Positions 32,520-43,942 of a stretch of DNA of 64,000 nt are shown here, piece after piece. Every line of letters begins with the position of its first letter. Positions within the stretch are counted from its first letter, which is position 1. Below the pieces are notes generated by a model. That model made no database searches. It saw only the letters and a program-made list of their open reading frames with translations, and was not told the DNA's origin. The stretch is taken from NCBI GenBank assembly GCA_963729575.1, contig CAVSOK010000020.1, forward strand, positions 195,611-259,610, given 5' to 3'. Both the position numbers and the translations under genes were made by a program. This DNA comes from an uncultured Cytophagales bacterium. Lineage in GTDB: Bacteria > Bacteroidota > Bacteroidia > Cytophagales > Cyclobacteriaceae.

Positions 32520-33600
32520 GAAGATCAATCGTAAGTTGAACGGAGTAGGTATTGTTTTGGCTATCAATTTTCAGCGTATGCTGTTGCGGATACAGTAGAT
32601 CTAGGCGACGCTTTACATTGGTTAGTCCAATTCCGCCGTAGTACACTGCATCTCGAGACTTAGGTTCTACTGTATCCTGTGAATTTTCTACCGTGAACTG
32701 GATTTGCTTTTCCTGTTGCTCTAGCGATATTCGGATAAAGTTCTGCTGCTGCTTTCCCTTAGATACGTGCTTAAAAGCGTTCTCTACGAAGGGCATCAAA
32801 ATAAAGGGGGCAATCTGCGCTCCGTTCACGTTTTCGCTAACATCTAAGACAACCGGCACGTTTTTACTGACTCGCAACTTTTCCAGAGCAACGAAATTGG
32901 CTAAATAGTGTACTTCCTTTTTCAGCGGAATTTTAGGCTCATTGCATTCATAAAGTTGATAACGTAATAAATCTGAGAATTTAGACAACGTATCGGAAGC
33001 CCGCTTGGAGTCTTTCTCAATAAGGAAGTGAATGGAGTTAATGGTATTAAATAGGAAGTGCGGATTAAACTGAGAACGAAGAAATTTTAACTCGGTTTCC
33101 AGCTTTTCTTTTTCTAATTCTTGGGTTCGCTTTTGATCTTTTAGCCAGTCTTTCGTAAACTTTACAATCATTACCATGACTACAGCAGTAAAAGATAAAC
33201 TCACCATAATACCTAGAAACTGCGGATACGTTCCCCTAAACCAGGTGCCTGCTACGTTCCAGTCGCCGGTGGATAGATAGTACATTCCATGATAAGTGAA
33301 AGTAGTCAACGAAGCTGACAGAAGAACACAAAATAAGAAAGCCAAAGCATACCAGCCGTAACGTTGCCGCCTGAGTAGCGACGGAATAAAGTAGTAGATA
33401 TTAAGATAAGCACCGACCCCTTGCGCTACGGATACCATTATTATGTATAAAATGGTTGACCAGGTAAAAATATTTTCCTGATTAAATAATACCGTATAAA
33501 ATAACTGCAGTCCTACCCAGAACACAATGTGGTATAACTTGTACCGAACTACTGACTGGTACAACCGAGATTTTTTCCACTGAGAAAACAGAGTATTCAT
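32509..33600 (-). CDS. LytS/YehU-type membrane sensor histidine kinase
   Basis: About four TM segments, and motifs LRSQFNPHFLFNTIN, PFVENAFKH and GIGLTNVKRRL. Confidence 0.95.
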   Translation of the reverse strand: MNTLFSQWKKSRLYQSVVRYKLYHIVFWVGLQLFYTVLFNQENIFTWSTILYIIMVSVAQGVGAYLNIYYFIPSLLRRQRYGWYALAFLFCVLLSASLTTFTYHGMYYLSTGDWNVAGTWFRGTYPQFLGIMVSLSFTAVVMVMIVKFTKDWLKDQKRTQELEKEKLETELKFLRSQFNPHFLFNTINSIHFLIEKDSKRASDTLSKFSDLLRYQLYECNEPKIPLKKEVHYLANFVALEKLRVSKNVPVVLDVSENVNGAQIAPFILMPFVENAFKHVSKGKQQQNFIRISLEQQEKQIQFTVENSQDTVEPKSRDAVYYGGIGLTNVKRRLDLLYPQQHTLKIDSQNNTYSVQLTIDLHEN

Positions 33601-33640
33601 ATTTCAAAATTGCTATAAAAAAGGTAGCGAAACAATTTCA

Positions 33641-33799
33641 GTTGACCAAATGCACCTCACGGCTGATAAGGCACACGAGGTGGATGGTAAAAGGTGAAAA
33701 GGTACGAGGTGCGGTTCTGTTTGTGCTCCTTAAACCCTTTACCCTATACCTGTTACCTTTCTTCCGTCATTTGTCAACGCTCCGCTGCATCTGGTCAAC
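33641..33799. promoter_or_regulatory. LytTR-type direct-repeat boxes in the divergent promoter region
   Basis: CATTTGTCAAC (33768-33778) and CATCTGGTCAAC (33788-33799) have a 21-bp period. A reverse-orientation copy GTTGACCAAATG (33641-33652) faces the kinase gene. Confidence 0.65.
33678..33761. repeat. Hairpin of inverted 7-nt periodic repeats
   Basis: AGGTGGA TGGTAAA AGGTGAA AAGGTACG AGGT … ACCCTTT ACCCTAT ACCTGTT ACCTTTC. Confidence 0.65.
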
Positions 33800-33867
33800 T
33801 AAGTTTCTTAAAGGCATATCTACCCACTTACTTTGAAGCATTCATTCACCAAAAAACCTATTGAATT

Positions 33868-34629
33868 ATGAATGCTTTAAATTTAATTCCTCGATTCTCT
33901 TTATTGATACTTGGCTTAGTTATCACGTTGTCTGCTTCGGCGCAGATAAACCCGGAAGTGCAACAGCTTTTTTACCAAGGCTACTTAACCGCTAGCAAAG
34001 CTCCCTGGGAACAAGCCATAGAAAAAATCAATCAAGATGCTACTCTTAGCGAAACCGAAAAGTTACACGCTATTACAGAAGCGCAAATTGGCCTACTAGT
34101 CTACACCATGGCTAACCAAGACGAAGAAACCTACGATGCGGTGGCCGATAATTTAGAAGAAAGCCTAGAGGTTCTTCTTAACCAAGACGCTAAAGATGCC
34201 GCTGCATTAGCCAAGATGGCCCGACTGTACGGAGCAACAATGGCTTTTAATAGCTGGAAAGCAATGTATCTCGGACCCAAAAGCGAAAAGTTGGTTGATC
34301 GCGCTCTAAAAGCTGACCCAAAAAGCCCCGAAGCTTGGATGCAACGTGGTGGTTCAAGAATGTTTACTCCAAAAGCATTTGGTGGCGATATTGATGAAGC
34401 TATTGTTGCCTACCAAAAAGCAGTGCAGCACTACGAATCTCAGCCGAACTATGCTAAAAACTGGCGGTATCTGGATGCATTAGCTTGGTTGGGACAAGCG
34501 TATCAACAAGCCGAGCAGCCGACTCAAGCTATTGAGACTTATCAGAAGGCACTAGAAGTAGAACCTAATTTTGGCTGGGTGAAATACACACTCATGCCCC
34601 AAGTTATCGCTCAATCTTCTAGCAAGTAG
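33868..34629 (+). CDS. Secreted tetratricopeptide-repeat protein
   Basis: Signal peptide (…SASAQ) and TPR helices (ALKADPKSPEAW, AWLGQAY…YQKALEVEPNF). Confidence 0.85.
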   Translation: MNALNLIPRFSLLILGLVITLSASAQINPEVQQLFYQGYLTASKAPWEQAIEKINQDATLSETEKLHAITEAQIGLLVYTMANQDEETYDAVADNLEESLEVLLNQDAKDAAALAKMARLYGATMAFNSWKAMYLGPKSEKLVDRALKADPKSPEAWMQRGGSRMFTPKAFGGDIDEAIVAYQKAVQHYESQPNYAKNWRYLDALAWLGQAYQQAEQPTQAIETYQKALEVEPNFGWVKYTLMPQVIAQSSSK

Positions 34630-34757
34630 TATTAGGTGCGTAGTGTTATGGTGTTAGTGTATTCAGGCGGATATCACGCAATGTTCATGTAGACTTGAAC
34701 GCTAAAAATCAAACCATAACACCGTAACACCACGCACCCTAACACCTCAGCACCTCA
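34629..34757. repeat. Hairpin of inverted 8-nt periodic repeats inside the TPR-TonB receptor operon
   Basis: GTATTAGG TGCGTAG TGTTATGG TGTTAG pairs with CCATAACA CCGTAACA CCACGCAC CCTAACAC. Confidence 0.72.
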
Positions 34758-34769
34758 AAATTTAATCTC

Positions 34770-36887
34770 ATGAAAAAGCTCTTCTTTACCTTCGCTTTCT
34801 TACTGAATTCTATTCTATCTCTTGCTCAGAGCCAAGTAACTATTCAAGGTAAAGTAATTGATGCAATAACTCAGGAGTCATTAGCCGGAGCAAGTGTTTA
34901 CCCCTTGTCAGACTGGCAACAGGGCACGAGTACCGATAACGAAGGCAGTTTTACACTAGAAGTTACCGACAGTGATACCTTGATGGTTACTTTTATTGGC
35001 TACGAACCTCAGGTAGTTTCAGCAGCCGAAAAAGAGCTTTTCGTAAAGTTAAAAGCAAATGTCCAAAGTATGGAAGCCATAACTGTAGAAGCATCTAGCT
35101 TAGTAGCGGAAGAATTCAGTATCAAGAAGATTGAACAACTGGAAATTTATACCAATCCCAATGCCAAGGCCGATCCTCTTTTAGCCGTTAATGCTCTTCC
35201 GGCGGCTACTACCTTAGACGAATCAGCCAGCATTAGCTTGCGAGGAGGTAGTCCGGCCCAAACCGGTATTTTTCTGAACGATGTGCCAGTGTACGATGCC
35301 GTTCGATTCGCTCAAGTGAATGGTATTGGTACGTTTAGCATATTTAATACCGCGCTGATCAAACAACTGCAAGTATTTCCGAGTAACCCCCCGCTGGAAT
35401 TTGGCAATACATCGGCTGGACTTATCTCTTTACAAACCATAGACCGAGTTCCGGAACGAACCAGTATCAATGCAGTAGTTTCTCCGGCAAATATTGGGGT
35501 TTATGCGAACGTACCCGTGCAGTCAAACGCTGGGGTAGCGCTATTTAGTAATTTTCAGCCATCGGGAATTATTCAAGCGATGAACCCGGAAGCGCTACGT
35601 GATCTAGAGCACTTTCAGACCTTAGACTTCGGTGCACATTACTTCCGCAAGTTAGGTGATAAATCTAATTTAAAGATATTCAACTACGCAGTCAGTGAAG
35701 GCTATCGATTTGCGAGCCGACATCCATCGGGTAACGATACATTTCAGCAGCGTAAGTGGCGTAATTTTACAATTGCTAACCTGCAAACGCAGTATGAGCA
35801 TTCACTAGTAACATTTAATAGCGGCTTTAGTATCAGTGATATGCGTTTTTCGGTAGGTAACCTGAAGATTAATATGCAAAACCAAGACGTGTACTTTTCA
35901 GCCAACTACACCCGGTTTTGGGATGCTTGGACACTAAAAATCGGAGTTACCTACGATCATCGTCAGGCCAATATGGAGGGGCAGACTCCAGTGTTTGACT
36001 ACGCCCGCGCTCCTCAGCACCCAACTCATCAATTCCAAAGTGTTCAGCATGCGAAAGCTCCCGAAGGCTACGTCTACGGAAAATATCAGCCTAATCAACG
36101 CTGGACGTTCGGGTTAGGGGTTCGGAAAAACGTGGCTATAAATGATCAGCCCAATTACCTTAGCTACCAGCTCAATACGCACTACCGACTGATGAAGCAC
36201 CAAACGCTTACCTTCTCAGCCGGACGTTACCACCAACAAGTGATTCCTCAGTCAGAATTTGCCGCCAATTTCTACCGCAGCGATCAGTTCTCGATCGACT
36301 ACCAGTACCAAAGAAGTGGTAAAATAGTATCGTTGGCCATTTTCTACAAAGACGACCGCCCCGGTAAGAACCAACAGCAAACCTACGGAGCCGAGGTAGC
36401 CGCTGATATCCGTTGGTCACCTAAACTAAAAACCCAAGTATCGTATACCTATCTGAATGCTACCATCCAAGAGAATGAGAACACATTTGCTTCGCCCTAT
36501 GATCTGAATTATTTCGTGCGCGCTAGCTCTTCTTATCAGGTAAGTTCGCAGTGGTCACTAAGTGGTATTTTTATTCACCGGCAAGGTACACAGTATCAAC
36601 CCGTGATAGGTCGCCAGTGGAACACCGATTTGGAAGTTTATGCTCCTGCGTACGCTCCTTTTAACCAAATTCAACGACTGCCCGATTACAGTACAGTAGA
36701 CCTGAGTATTAGCCGAATATGTCCGCTTACTGAGAAAATATCAGCAGTATTCTTTGGGAATATTAACAACACGCTAAATCGCCAAAATGTACGAACTATC
36801 AACTACAGCCAAGATTATTCTCAACCTTTTAACGAACTGTTTTCACAGCGTACATTTTACGCCGGAGTCGTGTTTCAGTGGCAATAA
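34770..36887 (+). CDS. TonB-dependent receptor with an N-terminal carboxypeptidase-regulatory-like domain
   Basis: Signal peptide, GKVIDA…GASV…TDNEGSF…FIGY, plug region (SLRGG) and a beta-barrel ending RLPDY…VFQWQ. Confidence 0.88.
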   Translation: MKKLFFTFAFLLNSILSLAQSQVTIQGKVIDAITQESLAGASVYPLSDWQQGTSTDNEGSFTLEVTDSDTLMVTFIGYEPQVVSAAEKELFVKLKANVQSMEAITVEASSLVAEEFSIKKIEQLEIYTNPNAKADPLLAVNALPAATTLDESASISLRGGSPAQTGIFLNDVPVYDAVRFAQVNGIGTFSIFNTALIKQLQVFPSNPPLEFGNTSAGLISLQTIDRVPERTSINAVVSPANIGVYANVPVQSNAGVALFSNFQPSGIIQAMNPEALRDLEHFQTLDFGAHYFRKLGDKSNLKIFNYAVSEGYRFASRHPSGNDTFQQRKWRNFTIANLQTQYEHSLVTFNSGFSISDMRFSVGNLKINMQNQDVYFSANYTRFWDAWTLKIGVTYDHRQANMEGQTPVFDYARAPQHPTHQFQSVQHAKAPEGYVYGKYQPNQRWTFGLGVRKNVAINDQPNYLSYQLNTHYRLMKHQTLTFSAGRYHQQVIPQSEFAANFYRSDQFSIDYQYQRSGKIVSLAIFYKDDRPGKNQQQTYGAEVAADIRWSPKLKTQVSYTYLNATIQENENTFASPYDLNYFVRASSSYQVSSQWSLSGIFIHRQGTQYQPVIGRQWNTDLEVYAPAYAPFNQIQRLPDYSTVDLSISRICPLTEKISAVFFGNINNTLNRQNVRTINYSQDYSQPFNELFSQRTFYAGVVFQWQ

Positions 36888-36901
36888 AGATGCTGATTAT
36901 G

Positions 36902-36987
36902 GGTTACAAAGTTCTGAGTTTACAGTTTTGGGTTTAGTATTGATGCTAACTTATCTTAAAACTCTGAACACTAAACTTAAAACTTTA
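36902..36987. repeat. Hairpin of inverted 7-nt periodic repeats
   Basis: AAGTTCT GAGTTTA CAGTTTT GGGTTTA … TAAAACT CTGAACA CTAAACT TAAAACT. Confidence 0.65.
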
Positions 36988-37050
36988 TAGCACTTTGTTG
37001 TGAAACTTGTATCTTGTTTAGTCAGTTAAATAAGTAGACTGTTCTAAGCT

Positions 37051-37341
37051 ATGTTAAAATTTATTATTATCTCGGTTTTATTTATCTACGTCGTTTACAA
37101 AGCCAGCGACTTTATCCTTCGTATGCTCGATGGCATTACTGGCGGGGGACGCCGGGTAAAAAATACTGATCGGCGAGGGCGTAGTTTTGGTCCGGAACAC
37201 CGTCGTCAGCAGCAACAAAATCGCTACCACCAATCAAAAGGCGATGTCAACATTGACTATGTTCCTGAGGATCAGGATAAGAAGAATCCTTCCGAAGGTT
37301 TTAAAGGTGGAGAATATGTAGACTATGAGGATGTGAAATAA
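37051..37341 (+). CDS. DUF4834-like small membrane protein
   Basis: N-terminal TM segment and a C-terminal GEYVDYEDVK. Confidence 0.8.
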   Translation: MLKFIIISVLFIYVVYKASDFILRMLDGITGGGRRVKNTDRRGRSFGPEHRRQQQQNRYHQSKGDVNIDYVPEDQDKKNPSEGFKGGEYVDYEDVK

Positions 37342-37363
37342 TCGCTATTCTAACTGAAATTCA

Positions 37364-40300
37364 TCAATCTCTCCGATACATTAGCACCTTATCATTATTT
37401 CGGGCAACCATCATCACGGGATTTTGATCTACCGCTAAGACCACAGCATCTCGTACTTCACCTTCTATTTCAATTCCTGACATGGTAGTAGATACTGGTT
37501 GAAAACGCCGTCGGCTAGAACCGGTTAAGAATACTCCTCGGCTTGCATTGTGGCGACCTACTTGAGGTTTTAGCGCGTAGAAATTTCCGCCTAACCAAAT
37601 ATCAGCGTGTCCGTCGTTGTTCCAGTCGTGCACAGCAATAGCAAATACTGGGGCTACCTGTGCTTCAGTGGGTAATGCTTGTAAGGAGAGTTGCGTACTA
37701 TCGTTCCAAAGAACAGCGCTCTCCAAATACTCGGCCTCATACGCAATTGAAGCATTCCGGGTTGCTGGAGAAAACAACGATTCATAGGTCTGAGCAGCGT
37801 AATCCTCATTTTTCAGAATTTGCTTTCGTAGGTTCGGTAGTTGTTTAGTAAGTTCCATCTTAGTGGCAAACGGGTACGACTGATTGTCTTGAGGCGGATA
37901 CCAATTCATTACAAACTCACTCTTGTTGTTCTGATCAAAATCATTCACAAACATGGTTAGTGGTTCTTGAGACGAAGCTTTAAACTTAGAATTTAGGCCC
38001 CAGTTTCCTAATACAAAATCAGCATCGCCATCCTGATCTAAATCGGCTGCCTCTACGCGCGTCCACCAACCATTACTATTCGCTAAGATCTGGCTTTCAG
38101 CCAACTGCCCCTGATTATTTCTAAAAATATGTACTCCCATCCAGTCACCCACTACTACCAAATCCTGATCTTGGTCATTGTCAATATCAGCCCAAGTAGC
38201 ATCAGTCACCATACCAACTCCGGCTAACGATTCGGGAGTAGCATCTTGCCATTTACCTTGATTATTTACTAGTAAGAAACTGCGTGGGGTGAGACCATAA
38301 TTTCCCGGAATACAGCGCCCCCCCAGAAACAAATCTACGTCGCCATCTGCATCAAAGTCCTGAGCTTCTATGGTAGAAAAATTTCCAACGATAGGCGGTA
38401 CTTGGCTCTCATCTAACACAAAGCGACCTTGCCCATTGTTCTCAAAGTAGCGTAAAGCAAATTGCTGACCACCTCGCTGGTATTCGTTGCCACCGGCTCC
38501 CAGCATCAAATCTAAGTCACCATCGCCATCGTGGTCAAACAAAGCCCCGCAACTGCTTTCAAACCCTTTAGTAGCCTGAAAATCAGGAATAATCAGCGAA
38601 CGAAATTTACCGCCAGCGGTTTGTACAAATAGTTTATCCTCATCGTCAATAGCCCCGAGCAAAATGAAATCTTCTCGCTCATCACCGTTCACATCTCCGG
38701 TAATTACTCGGGGGCCTTCGGTAGAAAGCATGCGCCATAGCAAAATTTCGTGATCAAAATCATTATATGTATTCTCCTGATGTTGGGCTTCCCCCTGAAT
38801 CAAATCCTGACTTACTTCAGCAAAAGCCGCAGGTGGCGTACCTCCTGAATTTTGGTTCGGAGCTGTTGGCGGTACAGCATCAGTATACTTCAGCGTAAGC
38901 GTTTGGTTGACTGAAACTTGGGTGAGCGTTTGCTGGGCACCGTCGGGCCAGACCACTTCTAACTGATCTACTGTTTCCGACGAACCAGTTCCAAAAGTGA
39001 GGTAAGGCTCTACGCTGCTTTCAAACCCTCGCGTAGTGTAATTTTCCAGGGTCTGCAAACTTGCTCCACTTCGTAGATTCACTTTCGTGCCAATGCCAAA
39101 CGGGTTAGCAGCATATCCCTCAAGTTTGACTCTCAGATAATTGTTAGCTGTCTGCTCTGCCGTGTTTTGATACACAAAGGCAGGCATATTTACATTATTG
39201 ACTACCAAATCAAGGTCACCATCATTATCCAGATCGCCGTAGGCCGCTCCGTTGCTGAAGGAAGGTTGAGCCAACCCTAGTGCTTCAGCCTGATTGCTAA
39301 ATTGCAGATTGGCAGTATTTGAAAAGGCAAAATTCTTCAGTGGGTTAGAGGGCATTTGAGCAATTAGCGAAGGGTAGTCTACTTCTTCTTTCGCCGCCAT
39401 TTTCCGATAGACGCCATTATCATCCAGGAAGTCCCGAAAATCCATATACATCAGGTCGCGGTAAATGCCGTTGCTTACAAATAGGTCTTTTCAACCATCG
39501 TTTTCAAAATCGAAGAACAACGCTCCCCAGCTCCAGTCGGTAGCCGCTACTTCAGCTAGCATACCCACTTCCTGAAAGTCACCCTGCCCATTGTTCAGAT
39601 GCAGACAGTTTTGGCCAATTTGGTAATGATAGTTAGCCCGGTATTTCATGTCCTCCAAATGATAAGGATCAAAGGCTGACATTGCTTTAAGCCGATAGTT
39701 ATCACCCGCCAGCATATCGGTAGTGAAGATTTCAGGATGGCCATCATTATTAATATCTGCCATATCTCCGCCCATGCTAGAAATAGAACAGAAGTTAATA
39801 CGAGCGGGCAGTTCCTCTGAAAATGTTCCATTGCCCTGATTGATGTAGAGATAATCACGCTCCCAGAAATCATTACTCACGTAAATGTCCGGATAATGAT
39901 CATTATTAATGTCACCAATCACGGTTCCCAGGCCAAAGCCAATAGCACTGCTGTAAATTCCTGTTTCTAAGGTTACATCTGTAAAAGTTTCGCCATCGTT
40001 TCGGTATAGTTTATCCCCACCTAACTCATCGGGCTTATCTCGCATACTTTTGTAAAGGTCAATCCGGCTAGGGTCTTTAAAGCTATTGTTCAGTAGGTAG
40101 CAATCTAAGTCGCCGTCTATATCATAATCGAAAAAAGCCGCTTGGGTAGAGTACCCTTGGTTATTGAGACCATACTTCGCGGCCTCTTCAGTGAAAGAAG
40201 GAAGACCGTCTTTGGTTAGCTTTCCACTGTTGATGAATAATTCATTTTCTTTGTTATCGCCCGCTATATCACCCGAATTACTTACGTAGATATCAAGCCA

Positions 40301-40756
40301 GCCATCGCCATTTACATCAGCCATTGCTGCTCCGGTGCTCCAAGCTCGGCTGCCTGCTACACCAACCTGCTCGGTAATATCTTCAAATGTAAACGGGGCA
40401 GTCCCTTTTTTGCCTTGGTTAAGATACAGCCGATTACCGCCCAAATTGGCCGTAAAGTATAAATCGGCTAACCCATCATTGTTTACATCGCCAATGGCGA
40501 CACCACCACCATTGTAAAAATTCCGGTAGGTAAGAATATTAAAATCCTTCTGATCTTCTACTTGATTGACGAAGCCGATACCCGTAGTCGTGCTATCTAA
40601 TAGTTGAAAATGGGTAGCCGTTGGTGGCTTTTCGGGCGTAGCAGAAGCACTTTCTTCAGTCTCAGGCTGCGCACAGCCGAACGAGACGACTATCACCAGT
40701 AATAATAAACGTTGGATAAACGTGGCTATATTGATTGTTCTGTACATAGTAGTCAA
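37364..40756 (-). CDS. VCBS/FG-GAP repeat lipoprotein with an ASPIC/UnbV domain (CRTAC1-like), interrupted by an in-frame TGA at 39491-39493
   Basis: Lipobox SFGC, many DxDxDGxxD repeats and NPFGIGTKV…EVVWPDG. Both ORFs share one frame, and the junction reads DFENDG*KDLFVSNG, where Trp would fit. Confidence 0.88.
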
Positions 40757-40774
40757 ATAGCAAATTGAGATAAT

Positions 40775-42271
40775 CTAGCTGGGAAAAACACTTTTCCCAT
40801 TAATACCCATGTACTCTCCCCAAAGTACCGGCTTGTTCATTCGGATACCTGTATCTAATCGCTTAACCGTCATACCCAGAAAGCGGAACAAATCATTAGC
40901 GTTATAGTACTGAGGATAAACTACATCTAAATAATTATCTTGATCAAGGTCACCCAACCACGGAGTTGAATAAAAATTTTTAAATCCTTCCGACTGATCT
41001 ATTACCTGATACTGATTGCGAGAGAAATCTATGGCCACCAACTGGGTATTTATGGTAGCCGGTGAACGAACTTCTTCCGATGACTGAAAGGCACAGTCAT
41101 AGTCACCTACGCTTAAAATTGCTTCGTCTAATCCGTCATTATTAATATCATACACTACCGGAGAAGTTAGCGAGAAACAGCCAATAGAATCTTGGTAGGC
41201 AATAGTGCCGTCCTTTCCGTTGAGTACTACTTGTGTGGCGATAGTATAGTCGGGCCAGGTGCCCTGACTCATAATTGCTAAAAAATCAGGCGTTACATCG
41301 CCAGTAAATTGCCCTACCGCAAAACCACTGCTACATTCCATTTGGGTAAATGAACGAGTCCAGATACTTTCCATCGTTTTCCCATCAACTGCATGAACCT
41401 GACTAGCGTGCGATGCTATTACAATATCAAAGTATCCATCTTGGGTAATATCGGTAACAACCGGGGGGGCAATAAACCCATGAGTTTCTTCACTAACCAA
41501 CACAGTCGCATTTTTAAGTCTCTGTGCTTTCAAATCGGCTAGGGTAGCTTGGTAAAGATGGCCGCCCGCGGTTTCACCGCCAGTGCCAAAAATGATAGAT
41601 CCTTCGGTACGGTCAGGTTGAGTAAAGTACAAAGGAGACATATACGATTCCTGCCCGTCGGGCATCGTATCTGCTGCCAAGATAGTACCGGATTGCAAAT
41701 CAAGTAGTATCAATACCCCTGGGAACCGATCGTTAATAGAGCCAGGTAGCGCATCCCAATTACCACCGTTCACCGTTAGCAAATCAGGATGTCCATCATT
41801 ATTTTGGTCGGGAACCAGCGTACTGTTGTAAAAATTGTATCGAGCGTACTGTAGAATTGAGTCATCCTCAAATACGTATTCGTACTTCCAGATGACTTCA
41901 CCATTGGCACCATTTAGTGCCATTAAATTATGGTTTCGCCCGCCAATAAATATATCATCAATGCTATCGCCAGTAATATCGTAGAAAGTTGCCGAACCAA
42001 CGATGCTGGCAGTAGCACTTTGCTGCCACAAAAGTTCACCGGTTTTTCCATCTAAAGCGACAACTCCGTATTCGGTAGAGGCTATTTCTTCGGTACCAGC
42101 TCCGAACACAATATCTAACGTTCCATCGCCATTGAGGTCAGTAGCTTTAGGAGAAGACTGAGAACCAATCTGATACAGCGATTTAGACCAAAGCAATTTT
42201 GCCTCTCTGGATTGACTACAGGCCACTAGTAGCCCTGAAAATAAAAAGTAGGTAGCAGTTTTAATCGTCAT
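40775..42271 (-). CDS. FG-GAP/PQQ-like beta-propeller lipoprotein
   Basis: Lipobox LVAC, DLNGDGTLDIV-type repeats and ALDGKTGELLW propeller motifs. Confidence 0.78.
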   Translation of the reverse strand: MTIKTATYFLFSGLLVACSQSREAKLLWSKSLYQIGSQSSPKATDLNGDGTLDIVFGAGTEEIASTEYGVVALDGKTGELLWQQSATASIVGSATFYDITGDSIDDIFIGGRNHNLMALNGANGEVIWKYEYVFEDDSILQYARYNFYNSTLVPDQNNDGHPDLLTVNGGNWDALPGSINDRFPGVLILLDLQSGTILAADTMPDGQESYMSPLYFTQPDRTEGSIIFGTGGETAGGHLYQATLADLKAQRLKNATVLVSEETHGFIAPPVVTDITQDGYFDIVIASHASQVHAVDGKTMESIWTRSFTQMECSSGFAVGQFTGDVTPDFLAIMSQGTWPDYTIATQVVLNGKDGTIAYQDSIGCFSLTSPVVYDINNDGLDEAILSVGDYDCAFQSSEEVRSPATINTQLVAIDFSRNQYQVIDQSEGFKNFYSTPWLGDLDQDNYLDVVYPQYYNANDLFRFLGMTVKRLDTGIRMNKPVLWGEYMGINGKSVFPS

Positions 42272-42318
42272 TCAAATCCTGTCTAATACACGCAATATTC
42301 TATCGCACCTAAAAACAA

Positions 42319-42350
42319 ATAGCGGCACTGAAAAATTTCAGTGCCGCTAT
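42319..42350 (-). terminator. Intra-locus terminator or stabilising hairpin after susD
   Basis: Perfect 15-bp stem ATAGCGGCACTGAAA / TTTCAGTGCCGCTAT, followed on the minus strand by TTGTTTTT. Confidence 0.85.
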
Positions 42351-42375
42351 AATCAGTAGTTATAAAGCTAATTGA

Positions 42376-43914
42376 TTAGTTCACATCCCACCACATGCGA
42401 GTCATCACATCGTCAGGTAAGGTAGCACCTTCAGTGAAGTTAGGATTACTAGCCACCTCAATGGAGAAATATTCAATTCTCCGGAAGATTTCTCCACCCG
42501 ATACATTACCGGGATAGTTTACCGGAGTAAGCTCAGGAAAACCTGTTCGTCGCCAGTTGCTGTAGGCTTCGTACCATTGCATGAAATTAGCTGCCCAGTG
42601 ATGCTCGCCAATCATTTCGGCGGTACCGTCAAACGGGTTAGCCGCTAAATAATCATCAACGTCAGCATCTTCTACAACAAATGACTCATCAAAAATTGTC
42701 CACTGTTGCATAGAACCGCGCACACCAGCATTGAAGTGATCTTCGGCACTTCCGGTTGCCCAGCCCTTCAGCACTGCTTCGGCTTGTAGAAATTCTACTT
42801 CGGCGTAGGTCATAAAAATGAAGGGGTCTTCTACGTCTAGCATAGCAGGATTTAGACGAGAGTAGGTAAGTTCCCGGTCAATGGCTTCGGAAACATCTTC
42901 AAACTCCCGAATCGTTTCCGCGTCGTATCCATTAGGCATTCCCTTTTGGGCATCGTAATCGGTGATGTAGGGACCACCCCACACACCAATACCACCACTA
43001 TAAATCATCAGACGGGGATCGTTGCGCTCTTTCAGCCAATCAACCAGGGTTTTGGCTAACATATTATTAGCTCCCCAATCGTCAGGAATCATAGCACGAG
43101 AAAGACCATTCTGGTTAAACCACTGGCTAGGCCCTGAGGCCATTTGTAACCAAGCCATATCCTCGTTACTCTCCATTACACCACCGGCAATGGCTTTCTG
43201 TACGTATTCTTGAGACGTAGCCGGATCAACGTTAGAAATTCGCATCGCCAGACGTAGCATCAGTGAGTTGGCTAACTTCTTCCACTTGTCATAGTCACCA
43301 CCGTAAATCAGATCGGCATTACCTACATCATCAGGACCAGTTCCAATGGTATTAGCTGCCGTTTCTAGCTTGGCTAACATATCTTTGTAGATAAATTCTT
43401 GCTCGTCATACTTCGGAAAGAAAATTCCTTCAACTCCTAAGTTAGCTTCAGAGTAGGGTACATTTCCGTGCAAATCAGTAACGATATGCATGGGAATGAT
43501 GTACATCACTTGTGCCATCTGGTTCAAATTGGTCCAGCTTAGGATTCGTTCCTTCGGGTCCGGTTTGGCGAATTATTTCAGCCAGCGTCTTTAAAGCATT
43601 GGGGTAGAAGAATCGCATGGTGCATCAAAGCTATCCAGGTGACGCATGTATTTATCGCCCGAACCTCGCTCACCACCAATTTGCAGTGTAGCCATGTGCT
43701 GAATTAACCCTGAGGCCAGATTCAGGTGTACCCTTCCGTTGATAAAGCGGTTTTCCGCTGACTGTACTATCCCCTGAGTGAACATAAACTTCCAGTCTAG
43801 TTCCAGAGCCGCTGTGGGATCATCATTTAATTCTACTAACTCATCGTTATCGCAGCCCGACAAAGGTATCAGACAGATGGTAGCGAAGAGTAGTACTATG
43901 CTTAAGTATTTCAT
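42376..43914 (-). CDS. susD: SusD/RagB-family lipoprotein, with two compensating apparent frameshifts near 43617 and 43540
   Basis: Lipobox LSGC, TDLHGNVPYSEA, WKKLANSLMLRLAMR, EAYSNWRRTGFP and a terminal MWWD. It lies immediately after susC. Confidence 0.9.
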
Positions 43915-43942
43915 TTCTATTACTCTTTAGTTTGTTACTTGA

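Noticed and set aside
39491-39493. In-frame TGA in the VCBS gene as recoding (Trp or Sec)
   Set aside because: TGA is used as a normal stop elsewhere in the window (scpA, the hydrolase gene). A TGGAAA to TGAAAA error or a point mutation is simpler.
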